Virus genome (UHGV): UHGV-0223590
Origin: a virus
Reading direction: 5' to 3' (one strand)
DNA: 10,609 bases
The notes under the pieces are model-generated. The model searched no databases. It saw only the letters and a program-made list of their open reading frames with translations, and had not been told where the DNA came from. The position numbers and the translations under genes were made by a program. Each line of letters opens with the position of its first letter. Within the stretch, counting starts at the first letter, position 1. Shown here in pieces: positions 6,357 to 10,609 of the stretch.

Positions 6357-6520
6357 TTTTTATACACTTGAAAACATTGGGAAAAGTTGAGCTATATCTA
6401 AATTTACAAAATTGGATGTTATAGAAATCGAGGTTTCAACTAGGCATGGAACTGCAAAATTTTTAATGCCTGCACGCGAAAGTCGTTGGCGGGTCCTTTC
6501 CGGTGATCCAGATCGTTACG

Positions 6521-6532
6521 GGGCGGCGACCT
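6521..6532 (+). other. cos: cosN (lambda-type cohesive end site, GGGCGGCGACCT)
   Basis: Exact match to the lambda 12-nt cohesive end. The preceding CTTTCCGGTGATCC...GTTACG resembles the lambda right end, and the following CTCGCGG(T)TTTTC(A)CTATTTATGAAAATTTT matches the lambda left end almost base for base. Distance to the Nu1 start (187 nt) is close to lambda's. Confidence 0.9.
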
Positions 6533-6707
6533 CGCGGTTTTTCACTATTTATGAAAATTTTTCAGGGAAAATCGTGTCGGTACTTCTCGAATATAACTTT
6601 TTGTTTTTTTTAATATTGCATTCATAAATGTCCGACATGAAAGTGTCCGAAAATGCCTTTTTTTGGCGTTTTCATGTCGGGCCTTGTATTTGATAATGAG
6701 TTGTTCT
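6533..6707 (+). promoter_or_regulatory. cosB-like region (terminase small-subunit binding sites) between cosN and Nu1
   Basis: Repeated motif related to CGACATGAAA in both orientations: TGTCCGACATGAAAG at 6629-6643, TGTCCGAAAATG at 6645-6656, and the inverted TTTTCATGTCGGG at 6669-6681. Position corresponds to the lambda R3-I1-R2-R1 region. Confidence 0.6.
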
Positions 6708-7256
6708 ATGAAGGTTAATAAAAAGAGGCTTGCCGAAATTTTCAACGTGGATCCGCGAACGATTGAACGCTGGCAGTCTCAGGGGCTCCCTTGCGTCTCC
6801 AAAGGCAGTAAGGGCATTGAATCTGTATTTGATACTGCCATGGCAATTCAGTGGTATGCGCAGAGGGAAACTGATATCGAAAACGAAAAGCTCCGCAAAG
6901 AACTGGCCGATTTGCGTGCGGCAGCGGAGTCAGATTTACAACCCGGCACCATTGACTATGAACGCTACCGGCTCACAAAAGCGCAGGCAGATGCGCAGGA
7001 ACTGAAAAATGCCCGTGAAGACGGAGTGGTGCTGGAAACTGAACTATTTACCTTCATTCTGCAACGTGTGGCACAGGAGATTTCGGGGATACTTGTGCGT
7101 GTGCCGTTGACATTACAGCGTAAATATCCGGACATTTCACCATCACACCTTGATGTGGTGAAAACTGAAATCGCGAAAGCCTCCAATGTTGCAGCTAAGG
7201 CCGGTGAAAACGTGGGCGGGTGGATCGATGATTTCAGACGCACAGAAGGCAGCTAA
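6708..7256 (+). CDS. nu1: Terminase small subunit (lambda gpNu1 homologue)
   Basis: [28 protein letters not shown]...[48 protein letters not shown]... is colinear with lambda Nu1 (MEVNKKQLADIFGASIRTIQNWQEQGMP...). Start moved to the internal ATG 6708 (MKVNKK) rather than the track's 6663, matching the lambda N-terminus and the distance from cosN. Confidence 0.9.
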   Translation: MKVNKKRLAEIFNVDPRTIERWQSQGLPCVSKGSKGIESVFDTAMAIQWYAQRETDIENEKLRKELADLRAAAESDLQPGTIDYERYRLTKAQADAQELKNAREDGVVLETELFTFILQRVAQEISGILVRVPLTLQRKYPDISPSHLDVVKTEIAKASNVAAKAGENVGGWIDDFRRTEGS

Positions 7257-9156
7257 TGCAGCCGGTGCGATAGCTACAGGGCTTTTATCTCTCATTATTC
7301 CTGTTCCACTGACGACAGTTCAGTGGGCCAATAAACATTATTACCTTCCTAAAGAGTCGTCTTATACCCCGGGGCGGTGGGAAACACTGCCGTTTCAGGT
7401 TGGCATCATGAACTGTATGGGCAACGATTTGATTCGCACTGTTAACCTGATTAAATCTGCCCGTGTTGGTTATACAAAGATGTTGCTGGGAGTGGAGGCT
7501 TATTTTATTGAGCATAAATCACGCAACAGCCTTCTTTTTCAGCCCACGGACTCAGCTGCTGAAGATTTTATGAAATCTCATGTTGAGCCAACGATAAGGG
7601 ATGTTCCTGCATTGCTGGAGCTGGCTCCATGGTTCGGAAGAAAACACCGCGATAATACGCTCACCCTGAAGCGTTTTTCCTCCGGTGTGGGTTTCTGGTG
7701 TCTGGGGGGAGCGGCAGCAAAAAACTACCGTGAAAAATCCGTGGATGTGGTTTGTTATGACGAGCTTTCCTCGTTCGAACCGGATGTTGAAAAAGAGGGT
7801 TCGCCAACCCTGCTGGGGGATAAACGTATTGAGGGCTCTGTATGGCCAAAATCCATTCGCGGCTCGACGCCTAAAATCAAAGGCTCCTGCCAGATCGAAA
7901 AAGCCGCTAACGAGTCGGCACATTTCATGCGTTTTTATGTGCCCTGTCCGCACTGTGGGGAGGAGCAGTATCTGAAATTTGGCGATGATGCCTCGCCTTT
8001 CGGTCTTAAGTGGGAGAAGAATAAGCCAGAAAGTGTTTTCTACCTTTGTGAGCATCATGGCTGTGTGATCCATCAGTCTGAGCTTGACCAGAGTAACGGG
8101 CGGTGGATCTGTGAAAACACGGGCATGTGGACTCGTGACGGTCTGACATTTTTCAGCGCCGCGGATAATGAAATTCCGCCGCCGCGCTCCATCACATTCC
8201 ATATCTGGACGGCGTACAGTCCGTTCACCACCTGGGTACAGATTGTCTATGACTGGCTGGATGCACTGAAAGATCCCAACGGCCTGAAAACCTTTGTGAA
8301 CACCACGCTGGGCGAGACCTGGGAAGAGGCCGTGGGCGAAAAACTCGATCACCAGGTGCTGATGGATAAGGTTGTGCGTTACACGGCTGCGGTGCCTTCC
8401 CGGGTGGTTTATCTGACGGCGGGCATTGACTCGCAGCGAAACCGTTTTGAGATGTATGTCTGGGGATGGGCTCCGGGAGAGGAAGCCTTTCTGGTGGATA
8501 AAATCATCATTATGGGGCGTCCCGATGAGGAAGAGACGCTGTTACGTGTGGATGTGGCGATCAACAAAAAATACCGCCATGCAGACGGAACCGAAATGAC
8601 CATTTCCCGTGTCTGCTGGGACACCGGGGGGATCGATGGCGAAATTGTCTATCAGAGGTCAAAAAAACACGGTGTTTTCCGGGTGCTGCCGGTAAAAGGT
8701 GCATCTGTTTATGGCAAGCCGGTGATCACCATGCCAAAAACCCGCAATCAGCGGGGCGTGTATCTGTGCGAAGTGGGGACGGACACCGCAAAAGAAATTC
8801 TCTATGCCCGTATGAAAGCCGATCCCACGCCTGCGGATGAAGCCACGTCGTATGCCATCCGTTTTCCTGATGATCCGGAGATTTTTTCGCAGACAGAGGC
8901 GCAGCAACTGGTGGCGGAAGAGCTTGTGGAGAAGTGGGAAAAAGGAAAGATGCGTCTGCTGTGGGATAACAAAAAGCGGCGTAACGAAGCGCTGGACTGC
9001 CTGGTGTATGCCTACGCGGCATTACGTGTGTCCGTGCAACGCTGGCAGCTTGATCTGGCTGTACTGGCAAAATCCCGGGAAGAAGAGACGACCCGGCCAA
9101 CCCTTAAAGAACTGGCAGCGAAGCTGTCCGGAGGAGTGAATGGTTACAGTCGCTGA
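7228..9156 (+). CDS. A: Terminase large subunit (lambda gpA homologue)
   Basis: Long stretches match lambda gpA as I recall it: [145 protein letters not shown]. Start set at ATG 7228 (MISDAQ...), overlapping the Nu1 3' end by 29 nt as in lambda; the track's ATG 7186 lies in the same frame but inside Nu1. Confidence 0.9.
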   Translation: MISDAQKAANAAGAIATGLLSLIIPVPLTTVQWANKHYYLPKESSYTPGRWETLPFQVGIMNCMGNDLIRTVNLIKSARVGYTKMLLGVEAYFIEHKSRNSLLFQPTDSAAEDFMKSHVEPTIRDVPALLELAPWFGRKHRDNTLTLKRFSSGVGFWCLGGAAAKNYREKSVDVVCYDELSSFEPDVEKEGSPTLLGDKRIEGSVWPKSIRGSTPKIKGSCQIEKAANESAHFMRFYVPCPHCGEEQYLKFGDDASPFGLKWEKNKPESVFYLCEHHGCVIHQSELDQSNGRWICENTGMWTRDGLTFFSAADNEIPPPRSITFHIWTAYSPFTTWVQIVYDWLDALKDPNGLKTFVNTTLGETWEEAVGEKLDHQVLMDKVVRYTAAVPSRVVYLTAGIDSQRNRFEMYVWGWAPGEEAFLVDKIIIMGRPDEEETLLRVDVAINKKYRHADGTEMTISRVCWDTGGIDGEIVYQRSKKHGVFRVLPVKGASVYGKPVITMPKTRNQRGVYLCEVGTDTAKEILYARMKADPTPADEATSYAIRFPDDPEIFSQTEAQQLVAEELVEKWEKGKMRLLWDNKKRRNEALDCLVYAYAALRVSVQRWQLDLAVLAKSREEETTRPTLKELAAKLSGGVNGYSR

Positions 9157-9346
9157 ACTGCAGGCGCTGCGTCAGGCGCGCCTTGATTTATTAACCGGTA
9201 AACGGGTGGTGTCTGTCCAGAAAGATGGTCGCAGAATTGAATATACGGCAGCTTCTCTGGATGAGCTTAACCGGGCGATCAATGATGCGGAGTCGGTACT
9301 GGGGACAACCCGCCGTCGCCGTCGTCCGCTGGGAGTGAGGTTATGA
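9140..9346 (+). CDS. W: Head-tail joining protein (lambda gpW homologue)
   Basis: 68 aa; LTGKRVVSVQKDGRRIEYTAASLDEL...RRRRRP matches lambda gpW ([26 protein letters not shown]...). GGAGG SD upstream; overlaps the A stop. Confidence 0.9.
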   Translation: MVTVAELQALRQARLDLLTGKRVVSVQKDGRRIEYTAASLDELNRAINDAESVLGTTRRRRRPLGVRL

Positions 9347-9915
9347 AACGAACGCCTGTCCTGATTGATGTGAACGGCGTTCCGCTTCGGGAGAGCCTCA
9401 GCTACAACGGTGGCGGTGCAGGATTTGGCGGGCAAATGGCAGAGTGGTTGCCACCCTCGCAGAGTGCCGATGCGGCCCTGCTGCCCGCGTTGCGTCTGGG
9501 GAATGCCCGTGCAGATGATCTGGTGCGCAATAACGGAATAGCGGCCAATGCGGTGGCCCTGCATAAGGATCACATTGTCGGGCATATGTTTCTGATTAGC
9601 TACCGTCCGAACTGGCGCTGGCTGGGGATGCGGGAGACCGCGGCAAAAAGTTTTGTCGATGAGGTGGAGGCGGCCTGGTCAGAATACGCAGAAGGGATGT
9701 TTGGTGAGATCGACGTGGAAGGGAAACGCACGTTTACGGAATTTATCCGTGAAGGTGTGGGCGTTCATGCGTTTAACGGCGAAATCTTTGTGCAGCCGGT
9801 CTGGGATACGGAGAGTACGCAACTGTTTCGTACGCGTTTTAAAGCCGTGAGTCCGAAACGGGTGGACACGCCAGGACACGGTAGCTGCCAGTATCAATAT
9901 CAAGCCGGGCCATGA
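9343..9915 (+). pseudogene. B: Portal protein gene B, truncated (N-terminal ~180 codons only)
   Basis: MKRTPVLIDVNGVPLRESLSYNGGGAGFGGQMAEWLPP...[15 protein letters not shown] is near-identical to the lambda gpB N-terminus. Homology stops at about 9882 and the ORF ends 11 codons later ([10 protein letters not shown]). Lambda gpB is over 500 aa. Confidence 0.85.
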
Positions 9916-10609
9916 TTATTATTTTTATATCCGCAGTGTGAATACAGTCGGCAAATCGGCATTCGTGGAGGCTGTCGGTCGGGCGAGCGATGATGCGGAA
10001 GGTTACCTGGATTTTTTCAAAGGAGAAATCGGGAAAACACATCTGGCCCAGGAGCTGTGGACGCAGATTGATAACGGTCAGCTTGCGCCGGACCTGGCTG
10101 AAATCAGGACGTCCATTACGAATGTCAGCAATGAAATCACGCAGACCGTCAATAAAAAACTGGAAAATCAGAGTGCGGCAATCCAGCAGATACAGAAAGT
10201 TCAGGTTGATACAAATAATAACCTGAACAGCATGTGGGCCGTGAAACTGCAGCAGATGCAGGACGGACGCCTTTATATTGCGGGTATCGGTGCCGGTATT
10301 GAGAATACGCCAGCAGGAATGCAGAGTCAGGTGCTGCTGGCGGCAGACAGGATTGCGATGATTAATCCTGCGAATGGCAACACAAAGCCGATGTTTGTTG
10401 GTCAGGGCGATCAGATATTTATGAATGAAGTGTTCCTGAAATATCTGACGGCTCCCACCATTACCAGCGGCGGTAATCCTCCGGCATTTTCCCTGACACC
10501 GGACGGGCGGCTGACGGCGAAAAATGCCGATATCAGCGGTAACGTGAATGCGAACTCCGGGACGCTCAACAACGTCACGATTAACGAGAACTGTCGGGTT
10601 CTGGGAAAA
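9884..10609 (+). pseudogene. J: Tail fibre/host-specificity protein J, 5'-truncated internal fragment (no start codon; runs off window end)
   Basis: A frame different from B translates to [47 protein letters not shown]...[76 protein letters not shown]..., colinear with the distal part of lambda gpJ. Open to the window end. An in-frame stop at 9848-9850 lies just upstream and there is no ATG near the junction. Confidence 0.85.

Noticed and set aside
6412-6627. 71-aa + ORF spanning cosN
   Set aside because: It crosses the cohesive-end site and cosB, which are cis-acting packaging sequences nearly identical to lambda. Not coding.
6663-7256. Longer N-terminal extension of Nu1 starting at ATG 6663
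   Set aside because: The lambda-like N-terminus MKVNKK begins at 6708, preserving the lambda spacing from cosN. The extension would overlap the cosB repeats.
7552-8352. 266-aa minus-strand ORF inside terminase A
   Set aside because: Antisense to a highly conserved terminase large-subunit gene; no motifs; likely a frame artefact.
9653-10226. Short ORFs (65, 74, 67, 78 aa) around the B/J junction and inside the J fragment
   Set aside because: They overlap the lambda-B-like and lambda-J-like reading frames, which explain the sequence.
1-10609. CRISPR arrays, integrase/att sites, IS elements
   Set aside because: No regularly spaced direct repeats with unique spacers, no tyrosine or serine recombinase ORF, and no terminal inverted repeats flanking a transposase-like ORF were seen.

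Overview
This window reads as the right arm of a degraded lambdoid (Stx-phage-like) prophage on the + strand; all identifications are by eye and from memory of lambda and E. coli sequences, with no searches run. In order: a beta-class DNA methyltransferase (120-1169); a tRNA array (Ile2-CAU at 1219-1294, Arg-UCG at 1304-1380, and a third argU-like copy with a broken 3' half); two diverged ~220-bp repeats each ending in the same terminator-like hairpin, sitting where Stx phages carry stxAB (no toxin ORF is present); an AT-rich spacer; a NanS-p-like esterase (2908-4401); an AT-rich ~2-kb insert carrying two convergent, 3'-overlapping genes of unknown function (206 aa on +, 355 aa on -) where the holin/endolysin cassette would normally sit; a lambda-like cos site (cosN GGGCGGCGACCT at 6521-6532); Nu1, A and W; and a portal gene B truncated after about 180 codons and fused out of frame to the distal part of a J-like tail-fibre gene that runs off the window. 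The strongest candidate for an undescribed system is the convergent gene pair at 4668-6297: the 206-aa protein has an E...D...E-x-K pattern compatible with a PD-(D/E)xK nuclease core, and the 355-aa partner has no motif I can assign.
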